In this document: positions 27,636-37,980 of the stretch, one piece after another
Numbering within the stretch: position 1 is the first letter of the stretch
Layout: each line of letters opens with the position of its first letter
NCBI GenBank assembly: GCA_038226175.1
Contig: JBBRQP010000008.1
Span: 2,711-66,710 of the forward strand
Direction of reading: 5' to 3'
DNA: 64,000 bases
DNA from: Gloeobacterales cyanobacterium
Lineage (GTDB): Bacteria; Cyanobacteriota; Cyanobacteriia; Gloeobacterales; Anthocerotibacteraceae
The notes under the pieces: generated by a model
Told to the model about the DNA's origin: nothing
Databases searched by the model: none
What the model saw: only the letters and a program-made list of their open reading frames with translations
Position numbers and translations under genes: made by a program

Positions 27636-28379
27636 ATGTCCCAAGCACCGCTATCTTTGCCGACTATGTACGATCTGCCCAGTGAAATTGTGGGAGAACC
27701 TGGTTTGCCGGACGAATTTCATTTGTATCAACCACAGTTACTATCAGCCACGTTTCGTCCTTTGGGTTACCCTGAAGATAAAATTTTTACCGCCACTGAC
27801 CTCAATCTCTACTACGATTTGCGGCATACCAACTGGTATAAACGACCTGATTGGTATGCGGCGGTTGGGGTTGATCGTCTCTACGCACAGCAGGAGTTGC
27901 GGTTGAGCTATGTGATCTGGCAAGAGTTGGTCAGCCCGATGATCATCGTCGAGTTACTATCACCGGGTACTGAGCAGGAAGATATGGGGCGAACCATGCG
28001 CAAACCCAATCAGCCACCAACTAAGTGGGAGGTCTATGAACAAATTCTGCGCGTACCCTACTACATACTATTGAATCGTTATACTGACGAGCTACAGATA
28101 TTTCAGCTGGTTGGCAATAGTTACGCACTCATCAATAATCCTAATGACCAACTTTTTTATATTCCCGAATTACAAAGCTCAATCGGACTCTGGCAAGGAC
28201 GTTGTCATGGTGTTGAGCGGTTATGGTTACGTTGGTATGACCGCACTGGTCAACTAATCTTGACGGACAGCGAACAAAAAGAGCAAGAGCGATCTCTGAA
28301 AGAAGAAGCCCAAGCCCGAGCTGAACGACTTGCCCAACGCCTACGCGCACTCGGCGTAGACCCTGACATGATCATCTAA
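27636..28379 (+). CDS. Uma2 family (DUF820) endonuclease
   Basis: MYDLPSE...GLPDEFH is the typical Uma2 N-terminus, and there is a PD-(D/E)xK-like core (VELLSPGTE). The C-terminal tail is coiled-coil. Confidence 0.8.
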   Translation: MSQAPLSLPTMYDLPSEIVGEPGLPDEFHLYQPQLLSATFRPLGYPEDKIFTATDLNLYYDLRHTNWYKRPDWYAAVGVDRLYAQQELRLSYVIWQELVSPMIIVELLSPGTEQEDMGRTMRKPNQPPTKWEVYEQILRVPYYILLNRYTDELQIFQLVGNSYALINNPNDQLFYIPELQSSIGLWQGRCHGVERLWLRWYDRTGQLILTDSEQKEQERSLKEEAQARAERLAQRLRALGVDPDMII

Positions 28380-28420
28380 TCTGGCGCAAAAAGCCAAAAT
28401 GCTCAGGTTACAATTAGCCC

Positions 28421-29533
28421 ATGCCCATCGTCTCTTCCCATCAGCCCAATGCCATACCCGATAAAAAGCCTGTTGCACAACGGGTCAAATCTGCTGCGGG
28501 GTCAGACCAACTTTTGCAGGGCGAACAGACAGCTCAGGATAATCAAGAAGAATCCCTGCGGCCTCAGAGTCTCAGTGCTTATGTGGGTCAGCGCGAACTC
28601 AAAGAAGTCCTAGCCGTTGCGATTGCTGCAGCAAAATCCCGTCATGAACCCCTAGATCACCTTTTATTTTATGGGCCTCCCGGACTAGGTAAAACGACGA
28701 TTAGCCAACTATTAGCCCAGGAAATGGGGGTCAAATTTTATATTACTAGTGCGCCAGCCTTAGAGAGTCCTAAAGACATCGCAGGTCTATTGATGAAATT
28801 AGAAGCAGGCGATATTTTATTTATTGACGAGATTCATCGGCTGGTACGTGTGACAGAAGAAAAATTGTACTCAGCAATGGAAGATTTTCGGTTAGATATC
28901 ATCACAGGTAAAGGGCAAGCCGCCCGGATCATTCGCTTACCTTTGCCAAGATTTACCTTAATTGGTGCTACCACCCGTTTTGGAGCCTTGTCTTCTCCCC
29001 TGCGAGATCGCTTTGGTTTGGTGCATCGGTTACGCTTTTATAACCAAGAAGACTTAGTGAGCATTGTATTACGAACTGCCCATATTTTGCAGGTGCCGAT
29101 TGAATTAGAAGGTGCCCAAGAGATTGCGCGTCGTGCCCGAGGGACACCCCGTATTGTCAATCGTTTATTGCGTCGGGTGCGTGATTTTGCTCAGGTACGC
29201 GGTGATGGCATTGTCTCGCTAGAGATTGCTCGCACAGCCCTAGAACTATTTGAGGTTGACCCGATGGGACTCGACTGGACAGACCGTAAACTATTACAAA
29301 TCATGATTGAAAATTATCGGGGCGGGCCAGTAGGACTCGATACTCTCGCCGCTGCCACAGGGGAAGACCGCCAGACCATTGAAGATGTCTATGAACCCTA
29401 TCTCATGCAGATTGATTATTTGCAGCGAACAGCCCGAGGACGCATGGCAACACCGCGTGCCTACGCCCACTTAGGCTACAAGCCAGATCATCGTGAAGAA
29501 CAACAGCAACTCCCTTTGACAGAGGAGGTTTGA
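28421..29533 (+). CDS. ruvB: Holliday junction branch migration DNA helicase RuvB
   Basis: It has Walker [10 protein letters not shown], Walker [10 protein letters not shown], the sensor region GATTR and the [14 protein letters not shown] motif. Confidence 0.95.
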   Translation: MPIVSSHQPNAIPDKKPVAQRVKSAAGSDQLLQGEQTAQDNQEESLRPQSLSAYVGQRELKEVLAVAIAAAKSRHEPLDHLLFYGPPGLGKTTISQLLAQEMGVKFYITSAPALESPKDIAGLLMKLEAGDILFIDEIHRLVRVTEEKLYSAMEDFRLDIITGKGQAARIIRLPLPRFTLIGATTRFGALSSPLRDRFGLVHRLRFYNQEDLVSIVLRTAHILQVPIELEGAQEIARRARGTPRIVNRLLRRVRDFAQVRGDGIVSLEIARTALELFEVDPMGLDWTDRKLLQIMIENYRGGPVGLDTLAAATGEDRQTIEDVYEPYLMQIDYLQRTARGRMATPRAYAHLGYKPDHREEQQQLPLTEEV

Positions 29534-29536
29534 ATC

Positions 29537-30727
29537 ATGTTAGATTTTCTCAAACTTAATCAACAGATGAAGGGTGTCGGTACTCAGTTACAGACCGAAA
29601 GTAAAGCCATGCAAAATAAACTCCTGCGTGCCCAAAAACTGTTGCAGGAGCTGGCCAATAACCAAGCGCAGGTGATGGAAAATTTGGCGGTACAGCGCGA
29701 CCAAGTTTCTTTTTTGATTGGCGAACCAGCCGAACCTTTACAAGTTGGTGGGATTTGGGGTAGACCCGTGTCCACCATTGCCGCCCGACACCGAGTTCTG
29801 GCGACCGACGGTTCACAAATCAAGCCCAGTCACCATGAAATTGCCTACTGTTTTTTGATCAATGTCGGGCGGGTATGTCTACATTACGGCACTGGACAAC
29901 GGGCAAAACTTGATAGTATCCCAGAAATTTTCTACAAAGAAGAAGACCTCTATGGCCCCCAACATCTAGGGCTCAATATTGAAGAATGGCTCGCTGTACA
30001 GCGTTCCCGAGCTGAGATCGAAGTCCTCGCTGAGCTAGCACAGCAGCCCTCTGATTTACCCACAGTTGCGCTCGTTGATGGTTCGCTAGTCTACTGGCAC
30101 TTAGAACAAATTCCCCAACTCTACCAACCCGAAGTTCTCGATCCTTTGCTCAATAGTTGGGAACAGATGCGGCTTAAGCGCGTTCCTATCGCAGGCTACA
30201 TTAGTGCTTCGCGCGCCAGTGAAACAGTCAATTTATTGCGATTACAAGCCTGTCCTTACAGCCCAGCTGATTGTGAAAGTCATTGTCCGGGGCTAAAACC
30301 CCGCGCCACCCCTTGTGGGCAAGGACTCAGTCCACTCACCGATACGCGCCTGTGGGAAACCTTGCTCAAACCCGGTGAGCGCAGCCCACTTTGGCGCAGT
30401 ACTTCACGGATTTTGGACTTGTATGGCGTACACAAAATTTACTTTTGCTACCTACATGTCGGCACAGAAATTGCGCGCATTGATTTTCCGGCGTGGGTTG
30501 CAGATGATCTTGAGCTGCGCGAACGGGTCTTAGGCTGCTGCTTGAGCCAAGTCCAAAAAGGTCATGGTTATCCAGTTGCCTTAGCCGAAGCACACAATCA
30601 AGCTGTGGTACGTTCGGCCGACCGGGCTCAATTTTTTAGCATCCTCGAGCAGCAAATGACGAAAGCTGGACTCAGTGACGTGCGTGTTTCCCACAAAGAA
30701 GCCCGTAAACGGGGTTCTATCGCCTGA
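29537..30727 (+). CDS. NurA-domain nuclease (DNA double-strand break repair nuclease NurA-like)
   Basis: 396 aa. ATDGSQI and later VDGSLVYW acidic motifs match the NurA RNase-H-like fold. It starts 3 nt after the ruvB stop, and a GAGGAGG Shine-Dalgarno sequence lies inside the ruvB 3' end. Confidence 0.6.
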   Translation: MLDFLKLNQQMKGVGTQLQTESKAMQNKLLRAQKLLQELANNQAQVMENLAVQRDQVSFLIGEPAEPLQVGGIWGRPVSTIAARHRVLATDGSQIKPSHHEIAYCFLINVGRVCLHYGTGQRAKLDSIPEIFYKEEDLYGPQHLGLNIEEWLAVQRSRAEIEVLAELAQQPSDLPTVALVDGSLVYWHLEQIPQLYQPEVLDPLLNSWEQMRLKRVPIAGYISASRASETVNLLRLQACPYSPADCESHCPGLKPRATPCGQGLSPLTDTRLWETLLKPGERSPLWRSTSRILDLYGVHKIYFCYLHVGTEIARIDFPAWVADDLELRERVLGCCLSQVQKGHGYPVALAEAHNQAVVRSADRAQFFSILEQQMTKAGLSDVRVSHKEARKRGSIA

Positions 30728-30967
30728 TATCTGCCCCCAAAATAACCCATAACCTAGAGTATCTCTGAGTTGACTCATGTTAATATAACTCCCAAGACCG
30801 ATAATCTGGTGTAACGCCAATTGGTCTTGGTTAATGGCTGGCAAAGAACCCTAATCCGGTTTTACAAGCCTTCCCTCTTAACCTATACTTAACCTGAAGA
30901 CGGTATTATCGGTCACAGGTATGCCGTTTTACTGGTGCGTTTACTGTCTTGTCGAGGAGTGTGTGGA

Positions 30968-32734
30968 ATGCGTATTAATTCAAATCAATGGTCTCTAGCA
31001 GTAGCTGCAACCATGGCGGCTTTACTGGCAAGTTATGTACCTGTAGCAGCAATGCCCGACACCTCGGTGCGTAGCTTGACCGAAGACCCGACTGTTTCTC
31101 AAGTGAGTTCGGTATCTGAACTGACGGATGTTGACCCTAATCAATGGGCGTTCCAAGCTCTTAAATCTTTAGTTGAACGGTACGGTTGTATCGAAGGTTA
31201 TCCTTCACGCAAATTTTTGGGCAATCAAGCGCTGACCCGCTATGAATTTGCCGCTGGACTCAATGCTTGCTTAGACAAAGTGAATGAACTGATTGCTGCA
31301 GGCACCCTTGATTTGGTTAGCAAAGATGATCTCGCTGCCCTCCAACGCCTCCAAGACGAACAAAAAGCTTTAGCTAATGGCTTGGCTAGTGACATCGATG
31401 CCCTCGAAGCTAAAACCCGCGAACTTGAGGCCAATCTTTTTTCGCGTACGGCTAAGCTTGATGGCGAAGAAATTATGACCGTAGCGGGTGCAGGTGCTCC
31501 CGGTAACATCCAAACTACCAACGCCGCACCAACTAGCGCCAACTTGATTCCCGGCGATTCTCAAAACGTAATATTTGGTACCCGTACCCGCTTAAATATC
31601 CGTTCCCGCAATATCGCGGTAAGAGGTGACCAATTACGGATTCGCTTTACAGCTTTTACGGGAGATGGTCAGTTTTACGGTAGCAGTGGTTTTAGCCGGG
31701 TTGGTCGTTATGACACCCTACAGCCTGGTGCCCCCATCAATGGTAATGCTGTACCAACTTTTGATAAGGTCTACTACGAAGTTCCTCTTGGTCGTGATTT
31801 GCGCTTCACCATCGGTCCTCGCGTTGAGAATGTAGACATTTTGGGAACTAACCTCAACACCGCTAGTGAAGCACGTAACTTCTCGATGCGAGTTTTCCGT
31901 CGTAGCTTGCCTATCTCTCTAACCAATACTTCGCTACCTGGTGCAGCTATTGTCTGGAACCTTGGGTCTGCTTTTGTCCTACGCGGTTATTATGGTGCTT
32001 CGGCAGGCGGTCGCTCCTTTGGTAACGGTAGCGGTGGCGTAACTGGTCCGGGTCAAGTTGCGGGAGAATTTGGCTTCAAGCCTGATAGTCGTTTTGATCT
32101 CGGTGTTGGTTTTTATCACACCACTTGTGATGCTGTAAACACAGCGACGGGTGATGTGGGCGAAGCTCCAAGTACCCAAAACCGGATCTTCTGTGATGCC
32201 AGCGTCGGCGGCTCTACACGCTATCCATTCACTGGTACGCCAGGTACCTTTAGTAATGTCGTTCACGATACTTGGAATGCTCACCTGGATTGGGATCTTT
32301 TCCCAAGCGTTTCTGTTTTCGGGCGTTACTCCTTCGGTACAGCTACTCTCAATGATGGCATCAGCAGTGCTGATACAGTCTCAGCTTCCATCAACTACTC
32401 AGAGTGGATGGCTGGTTTGACCTTTAAGGATATTTTTGGTCAAGTGGGTAATGCTATTGGCATTGGGGTTGTCCAACCGGGTAATATCTATAGCAATACT
32501 GCCTTTAGTGCTGTTACTACCACAGCCCCTACGGTAGCGTTCGGTTCTACTACTTTCCCGGCAGGTACGACCATACCTAACGCAACGGAGTACGACTACG
32601 GGATTTACTACCGGATCGCCCTTGGCCCTCGCGTTACTTTGACCCCAGAATTTTATCTGATCACCAATCCTGGTTCGATCAGTGCGAATCCTACCGTTTC
32701 TATTGGTTCTTTGAAGGCAGTATTCAATTTCTAA
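30968..32734 (+). CDS. Cyanobacterial SLH-domain porin (OprB-like beta-barrel)
   Basis: In order: a signal peptide, an SLH motif (DVDPNQWAFQALKSLVERYGCIEGY...TRYEFAAGLNACL), a coiled-coil linker, and a beta-barrel ending in F. I chose the ATG at 30968 because GAGGAG lies 8 nt upstream; the ORF is open from 30935. Confidence 0.85.
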   Translation: MRINSNQWSLAVAATMAALLASYVPVAAMPDTSVRSLTEDPTVSQVSSVSELTDVDPNQWAFQALKSLVERYGCIEGYPSRKFLGNQALTRYEFAAGLNACLDKVNELIAAGTLDLVSKDDLAALQRLQDEQKALANGLASDIDALEAKTRELEANLFSRTAKLDGEEIMTVAGAGAPGNIQTTNAAPTSANLIPGDSQNVIFGTRTRLNIRSRNIAVRGDQLRIRFTAFTGDGQFYGSSGFSRVGRYDTLQPGAPINGNAVPTFDKVYYEVPLGRDLRFTIGPRVENVDILGTNLNTASEARNFSMRVFRRSLPISLTNTSLPGAAIVWNLGSAFVLRGYYGASAGGRSFGNGSGGVTGPGQVAGEFGFKPDSRFDLGVGFYHTTCDAVNTATGDVGEAPSTQNRIFCDASVGGSTRYPFTGTPGTFSNVVHDTWNAHLDWDLFPSVSVFGRYSFGTATLNDGISSADTVSASINYSEWMAGLTFKDIFGQVGNAIGIGVVQPGNIYSNTAFSAVTTTAPTVAFGSTTFPAGTTIPNATEYDYGIYYRIALGPRVTLTPEFYLITNPGSISANPTVSIGSLKAVFNF

Positions 32735-32750
32735 GAACAGTTGAATACCC

Positions 32751-32788
32751 AAAAAAAGCCTGTCTACACTTGTTGGACAGGCTTTTTT
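32751..32788 (+). terminator. Rho-independent terminator after the porin gene
   Basis: An A-run precedes the stem AGCCTGTC (32757-32764), which pairs with GACAGGCT (32776-32783), followed by TTTTT. Confidence 0.7.
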
Positions 32789-32882
32789 AATTGGTGTAAC
32801 CCGACACGCTGTTATTACCCCAAAATCGCCTAAGATTATAAGGTCTTAAGCATTCTGGGCATACCAATTAGGAGGATTTCTC

Positions 32883-33956
32883 GTGGCACTCGTACCTCTT
32901 CGCATACTGTTAGATCATGCTGCCGAACATAACTACGGTGTTCCGGCCTTCAACGTCAATAATCTTGAACAAATCCGCGCCATCATGGATGCCGCCCTCG
33001 AAGTCGATAGCCCGGTTATCCTCCAAGCCTCACGTGGCGCCCGCAAATACGCCGGGGAAGCCTTCTTGCGCCATATGATCATCGCCGCTGCCGAAGAATA
33101 TCCCACTATCCCAATGGTCTTACACCAAGATCATGGCAACGGCCCAGCTACCTGCTACACCGCTATGCAAAATGGCTTTACCAGTGTCATGATGGATGGC
33201 TCCCTTGAAGAAGATGCCAAAACCCCCGCTACCTATGAGTACAACGTAGCAGTGACAGCCAAGGTCGTCGAAGTAGCCCATGCCATCGGCGTTAGTGTCG
33301 AAGGTGAACTAGGCTGCTTAGGTTCACTCGAAACCGGAACTGGTGAAGCCGAAGATGGTCACGGCGCGGAAGGTGTGCTTTCCCATGACCAGTTGCTAAC
33401 TGACCCGATTCAAGCCAAAGATTTTGTCGAAAAAACAGGTGTAGATGCCTTAGCAATTGCAATTGGTACGAGCCACGGTGCCTACAAATTTACCCGTAAA
33501 CCCGACGGTGCCATCTTAGCTATTGACCGCATCCGCGCTATCCACGAAGCCTGCCCCAACACCCACTTAGTGATGCATGGTTCTTCTTCGGTTCCCCAAG
33601 AGCTTCTCGATATCATCAATGAGTTTGGTGGTGATATGCCCCAAACCTATGGTGTACCTGTCTCCGAAATCCAAGAAGGCATCAAACTTGGCGTACGCAA
33701 GATTAACATTGATACCGATACCCGTTTGGCTTGGAGTGGTGCGATGCGTAAGGCTATGACCCAAGACCGCCGTGAATTTGACCCCCGCAAATTCTTGATT
33801 CCTGCCACCAAAGCCATGTCTAAAGTGGTGCGTGACCGCTTAGTCGAATTTGGTACCGCTGGGAATGCCAGCAAAATCACCACGGTTACTTTAGCGCAAA
33901 TGGCTAAAGCCTACATTGACATGGCAAAAGTAGCCAAACAACCCGTCAGCGTCTAA
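32883..33956 (+). CDS. fba: Class II fructose-bisphosphate aldolase
   Basis: 357 aa. It has [24 protein letters not shown] and [11 protein letters not shown] motifs. GTG start. Confidence 0.95.
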   Translation: MALVPLRILLDHAAEHNYGVPAFNVNNLEQIRAIMDAALEVDSPVILQASRGARKYAGEAFLRHMIIAAAEEYPTIPMVLHQDHGNGPATCYTAMQNGFTSVMMDGSLEEDAKTPATYEYNVAVTAKVVEVAHAIGVSVEGELGCLGSLETGTGEAEDGHGAEGVLSHDQLLTDPIQAKDFVEKTGVDALAIAIGTSHGAYKFTRKPDGAILAIDRIRAIHEACPNTHLVMHGSSSVPQELLDIINEFGGDMPQTYGVPVSEIQEGIKLGVRKINIDTDTRLAWSGAMRKAMTQDRREFDPRKFLIPATKAMSKVVRDRLVEFGTAGNASKITTVTLAQMAKAYIDMAKVAKQPVSV

Positions 33957-34052
33957 ATCGACCGCTGCCTGACACAAAAGCTCCTCTTTGGGGGAGCTTT
34001 TACAGTTTGGTCTTGTCCTCAGTCATAATAGAGAACACCTTTAGTCCTGCCC

Positions 34053-34865
34053 ATGAGTCTCAATCTACCTAAAAAACGTTATGCCCAATATTGGCTTAAA
34101 GACCAGCAAGTCTTGGCACAAATTGTCGGAGCAGCACAGCTACAAGCCCATGAGAGCGTACTAGAAATTGGGCCGGGAACTGGTAATTTAACCGAACTAT
34201 TACTGCGCCAAGCTAAACAGGTCGAGGCCATTGAAATTGACACAACACTAGCTGACAAGTTAGCTAAACGCTTTGCAGGACGACCCTTTGAAGTTCAGTT
34301 TGCCGATGTTTTGACCCAACCCTTGCCCACGAGCTGTTCTGTGGTGGTTGCCAATATTCCGTACTACATCACCGGACCAATATTAGATAAGTTACTCGGT
34401 TCACCCGCTCAGCCTGTCCATCAATTCCGGCGGATTGTGCTACTGGTACAGCGCGAAATCGGTGAACGCCTAACCGCATTACCTAGTACACCTGCCTATA
34501 ATTCTCTGTCAGTGGTGATGCAATATCTCGCTGAAATCGAATTAGTGAGTATCGTTGGTGCCAATGCTTTTTATCCGCGTCCCAAGGTAGACTCAGCCAT
34601 TATTGCTCTCACACCACGCGCCTTTGTGCCCACCGTAGAACAGCCTAAACAGTTTGAACGCTTAGTTAAGTTGGGCTTTAGTATGCGTCGCAAGATGCTC
34701 AAAAATAATCTCAAACCCCTGCGTGAGACCGAATATATTGAGACCTTGTTAACCGAACTCGGGGAGCGTCCTGATAGTCGCGCAGAAATGCTATCGGTTG
34801 CCCAATGGGTCAATCTCGTCAATCGCTGGCAACCGACTAGCGACCCAAGTCCAGCAGGTCATTGA
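34053..34865 (+). CDS. rsmA: 16S rRNA (adenine1518-N6/adenine1519-N6)-dimethyltransferase
   Basis: It has LEIGPGTGNLT (the SAM motif), VVANIPYYIT and FYPRPKVDS motifs. Confidence 0.9.
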   Translation: MSLNLPKKRYAQYWLKDQQVLAQIVGAAQLQAHESVLEIGPGTGNLTELLLRQAKQVEAIEIDTTLADKLAKRFAGRPFEVQFADVLTQPLPTSCSVVVANIPYYITGPILDKLLGSPAQPVHQFRRIVLLVQREIGERLTALPSTPAYNSLSVVMQYLAEIELVSIVGANAFYPRPKVDSAIIALTPRAFVPTVEQPKQFERLVKLGFSMRRKMLKNNLKPLRETEYIETLLTELGERPDSRAEMLSVAQWVNLVNRWQPTSDPSPAGH

Positions 34866-35472
34866 TTGCTCGGGCACAGTGTTGGCTCACTTGATTAAGT
34901 TCTTCGCGGTGGCTTGATTGGGGCGGCGCAATCGGTTGACCAAAGCGCACGGTAACGGGGGCAAATTTAGGAAATTTTGCGCCTTTAGGTAAGATGTCGC
35001 CACTACCCCAGACACTGACGGGCAGCAGAGGGACATTGGCTTTGGAGGCTAGTAAGACCGCTCCTGGTTGGGCTTCGGTAATATGCCCATCGAGGGTGCG
35101 GGTTCCTTGAATAAATAAGCCCACCGCCCAGCCCGCTTCGAGGGCCTCGAGTGCCGAACGCAACGCTGCTCGGTCAGCAGCACCCCGTTTGACCGGAAAT
35201 GCGCCATACCAACGGATAACCTCACCTAAAACTGGAACCGTAAACAGTTCTTCTTTAGCCATAAATGCCGTAGGCCGACCCAGACAATTGGCGATAATCG
35301 GCGGATCAAGATTACTGGCATGGCTGGCGACGGCAATAAAAGGCTGGTCTTGAGGAATAAGTTCTTGACCATAAATACGCAACCGAAAGCAGCCATGCAG
35401 CGTTGGGCTGACCAACAGCCACTTAATCACATGGTAAGAAATCAGGTTACGCTGGGCTTCAGGAAAAGACAT
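34837..35472 (-). CDS. plsC: 1-acyl-sn-glycerol-3-phosphate acyltransferase
   Basis: It has the HASNLD (HX4D) acyltransferase motif plus FPVKRG and IQGTR blocks. Its 3' end overlaps rsmA convergently by 29 nt. Confidence 0.8.
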   Translation of the reverse strand: MSFPEAQRNLISYHVIKWLLVSPTLHGCFRLRIYGQELIPQDQPFIAVASHASNLDPPIIANCLGRPTAFMAKEELFTVPVLGEVIRWYGAFPVKRGAADRAALRSALEALEAGWAVGLFIQGTRTLDGHITEAQPGAVLLASKANVPLLPVSVWGSGDILPKGAKFPKFAPVTVRFGQPIAPPQSSHREELNQVSQHCARAINDLLDLGR

Positions 35473-35488
35473 ACCGAGTTGATGAGAC

Positions 35489-36781
35489 GTGCTAATCGCC
35501 TCTGTTGATTTTACAACCTGGCCTACCGGGAACCGCCGTTTACGTAGTGGTTTGCTGCTTTTGGGCTGGTGGTTGGGGCTATATGGCTTAGATCAAGTGC
35601 CCTTAGCGGTCACTTGGGGGTTTACGGCAATTTTTGTGGCTTATATCCTGCGGGTAATCTCGGCTCAACCTGATCCTATCCCAGTACCTCTACCGCTCAA
35701 TGCCGATTTACCGACCCTTTCGATCCTAGTCCCCTGTCGTAACGAAGCTCTCGTCGTCGCGAATTTGGTCAAAAATTTACAGCAACTCACCTATCCACCA
35801 GAACGTTTAGAACTTTGGGTTGCTGATGACCGCAGCAGTGATGGCACGGGAGAAATCTTAAGCCATCTTCAGAAGCACTATCCTTTTTTGCATAGTTATT
35901 CGCGTCCTCTTGAGGCCAAGGCGGGTAAATCAGCGGTGTTAAATGAACTGCTCGCCCGTGCTTCTGGTGAGATGATTGCCGTATTTGATGCTGACGCTCA
36001 GGTTGACCCAGATTTTTTATTGCGGACTTTGGCCTATTTCCGTGACCCTCATGTCGGAGCATTACAGGTGCGTCGGGTGGTGGTCAATCGGGAGACTAAT
36101 TTTTTGACGCGCGGTCAGGCGGTTGAGATGGCCTTAGATGCCTATTATCAGCAACAACGTATCCAAATTGGCGGAACTGGGGAACTGCGCGGCAACGGAC
36201 AAGTTTTGCGGCGGGATGCTCTGATCCAGTGTGGGGGATGGAATGAGGAGACGATTACCGATGATCTGGATCTAACCTTGCGTTTACATCTCAACCAATG
36301 GCAAATTGCTTTTGCGCCCTATGCCCCAGTCTACGAAGAGGGCGTGACCACGATTACCGCACTCTGGCGACAACGACAACGCTGGGCGGAGGGTGGTTTT
36401 CAGCGGTATCTCGACTATGGTTCTTTATTACTCGCCAATCGCTTAGGTACGGCTAAGTCTTGGGATCAAGCTATCTTTTTTTTCGTAAGCCAATATCTGG
36501 TGCCTTTGGGTCTATTGCCCGATTTATATTGGAGCCTTACTTTAGGTCAGTTTCCCCGTCTTGGCCTAATACTTAATGCCGTAACCTTAACAGCGGCTTG
36601 GGGGTTGGTGGTGGGTCAACAGCGTTATCAGAAAGCATCACTTAAACTAGCTCTCTGGTCGATGGGCTTGGGCAGTCTTTATTTATTACATTGGCTACCT
36701 GTGATGATCTACACTCTGTTGCGCATGGCTCTGTTACCCAAAAAACTAACTTGGGTCAAAACAGCCCGGGTTGTCAATTAA
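35489..36781 (+). CDS. Family 2 glycosyltransferase, processive (cellulose/chitin-synthase-like), membrane bound
   Basis: It has the DDRSSD, FDAD and TDDLD acidic motifs and QRQRWAEG (the Q..RW motif), with flanking TM segments. GTG start. Confidence 0.8.
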   Translation: MLIASVDFTTWPTGNRRLRSGLLLLGWWLGLYGLDQVPLAVTWGFTAIFVAYILRVISAQPDPIPVPLPLNADLPTLSILVPCRNEALVVANLVKNLQQLTYPPERLELWVADDRSSDGTGEILSHLQKHYPFLHSYSRPLEAKAGKSAVLNELLARASGEMIAVFDADAQVDPDFLLRTLAYFRDPHVGALQVRRVVVNRETNFLTRGQAVEMALDAYYQQQRIQIGGTGELRGNGQVLRRDALIQCGGWNEETITDDLDLTLRLHLNQWQIAFAPYAPVYEEGVTTITALWRQRQRWAEGGFQRYLDYGSLLLANRLGTAKSWDQAIFFFVSQYLVPLGLLPDLYWSLTLGQFPRLGLILNAVTLTAAWGLVVGQQRYQKASLKLALWSMGLGSLYLLHWLPVMIYTLLRMALLPKKLTWVKTARVVN

Positions 36782-36960
36782 GCGGTGGTTTTCACAGGTT
36801 GGCAAGAGTACTTCCGCTTGAGCTGGTCGGTTAGTCGTGGGGATATAGCTGCGCAGCACAGCATAATGCAGATTTCTAGGCCGACCTTCGTATAAGAGAT
36901 ACAAAGCGCGATTGGGTGGAGCGTGATTAATAGCGCGTAGCTTTCTGACCGGGGCAGCGG

Positions 36961-37809
36961 CTATTCAGGAGGATTGAGAGCTTTCTGGACTTGCTCGACG
37001 GTCAGACCCAGGATTTGACTGATCTCGTCTACCGAGAATCCCCGTACTGTCAAAGCAGGAATAGTTTTGAGCTTGCCACGAAGCTCACCCTGCTCGATCC
37101 CACGCTCAATCCCGCGTTCCAGCGTGGCTTTTTCCCATTCCAGATAAGCTTGGCTCAACTGCACCGCCATTTCTACATCCTCCGCCTCTTGACTCTGTTG
37201 TAACCTAATTTGCCAGTTTGTGATGAGTTGCAGGATCTCCTGCCGCTCTACCCGTTCCTCTGGCAAGGCTAGCACTTCCTCTATGGCTCGCTGCTGCACT
37301 TTCCCTTTGCCCAAAATCCTAAGCCACAGGGTTTCTGGCATCACGGGCAAGTGGTGAACCGCAACCAGAACGCTACGCAATCCTCTGGGTAAGAAGTAGA
37401 CCCCCTGCGGCCAGTCAGGATCTGGAGCACCTCCCAAGGATTCAATGAGTGCTCGTGAGAGGGTCGGAGAGATTATCCACACCCAGGGCAAACTATCTTC
37501 GGTGATGCTGGTGCGTTTGCGGTTAGCTTTACGCTGTTGCATCCCTTCGTAAATAGCCAAGCGCATTAAGCAAATACGGATATCCTCAGCGGTCGGGGGA
37601 TTGCGGTACGGCTCAATGATGCAGGGAGTTTGAGCGATGCGACCCAGAAGTCCTAGAGACACGAGGTTGGTAGCTAGTTGAGGCGTAAAAAGAAGATCAA
37701 TCGCCCTGACCTCGCTACTAACGGCAACATCTATATCCGTGGTGCCAAAAGGATCGAGCAGTCCAGCCAGCAATTCTTTAGCGAAGCGATCATGTTTGGT
37801 GCGGGTCAT
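36961..37809 (-). CDS. DUF4351 / Rpn(YhgA)-like PD-(D/E)xK family protein
   Basis: The N-terminal KHDRFAKELL resembles the HD..FK start of Rpn-like nucleases. The C-terminal tail GFSVDEISQILGLTVEQVQKAL is typical of cyanobacterial DUF4351 proteins. Confidence 0.55.
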   Translation of the reverse strand: MTRTKHDRFAKELLAGLLDPFGTTDIDVAVSSEVRAIDLLFTPQLATNLVSLGLLGRIAQTPCIIEPYRNPPTAEDIRICLMRLAIYEGMQQRKANRKRTSITEDSLPWVWIISPTLSRALIESLGGAPDPDWPQGVYFLPRGLRSVLVAVHHLPVMPETLWLRILGKGKVQQRAIEEVLALPEERVERQEILQLITNWQIRLQQSQEAEDVEMAVQLSQAYLEWEKATLERGIERGIEQGELRGKLKTIPALTVRGFSVDEISQILGLTVEQVQKALNPPE

Positions 37810-37916
37810 GGAGCGATCTTATCTTGCCTAGGTAGCGGCTGAGTTCCCGGCGAAATAGCAGGAAATCATGGATGGAGCAAGCGATGGGCTAGTTTGTGGA
37901 GGGTATTCGGATTAGG

Positions 37917-37953
37917 CAGGAGGCTTGAGAGCTGTCTGGACTTGCTCGACGGT
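37917..37953 (-). repeat. Remnant of the 3' end of a second DUF4351-type gene
   Basis: It is identical to 36966-37002, the 3' end of the intact gene, at 35 of 37 positions. The similarity ends abruptly at 37953. Confidence 0.55.
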
Positions 37954-37980
37954 TTAGATAGTCGTTCATGGCCTGAAAAA

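Noticed and set aside
34837-34865. A 29-nt convergent overlap of the rsmA and plsC 3' ends.
   Set aside because: Such overlaps are common in compact genomes, and nothing further was seen here.
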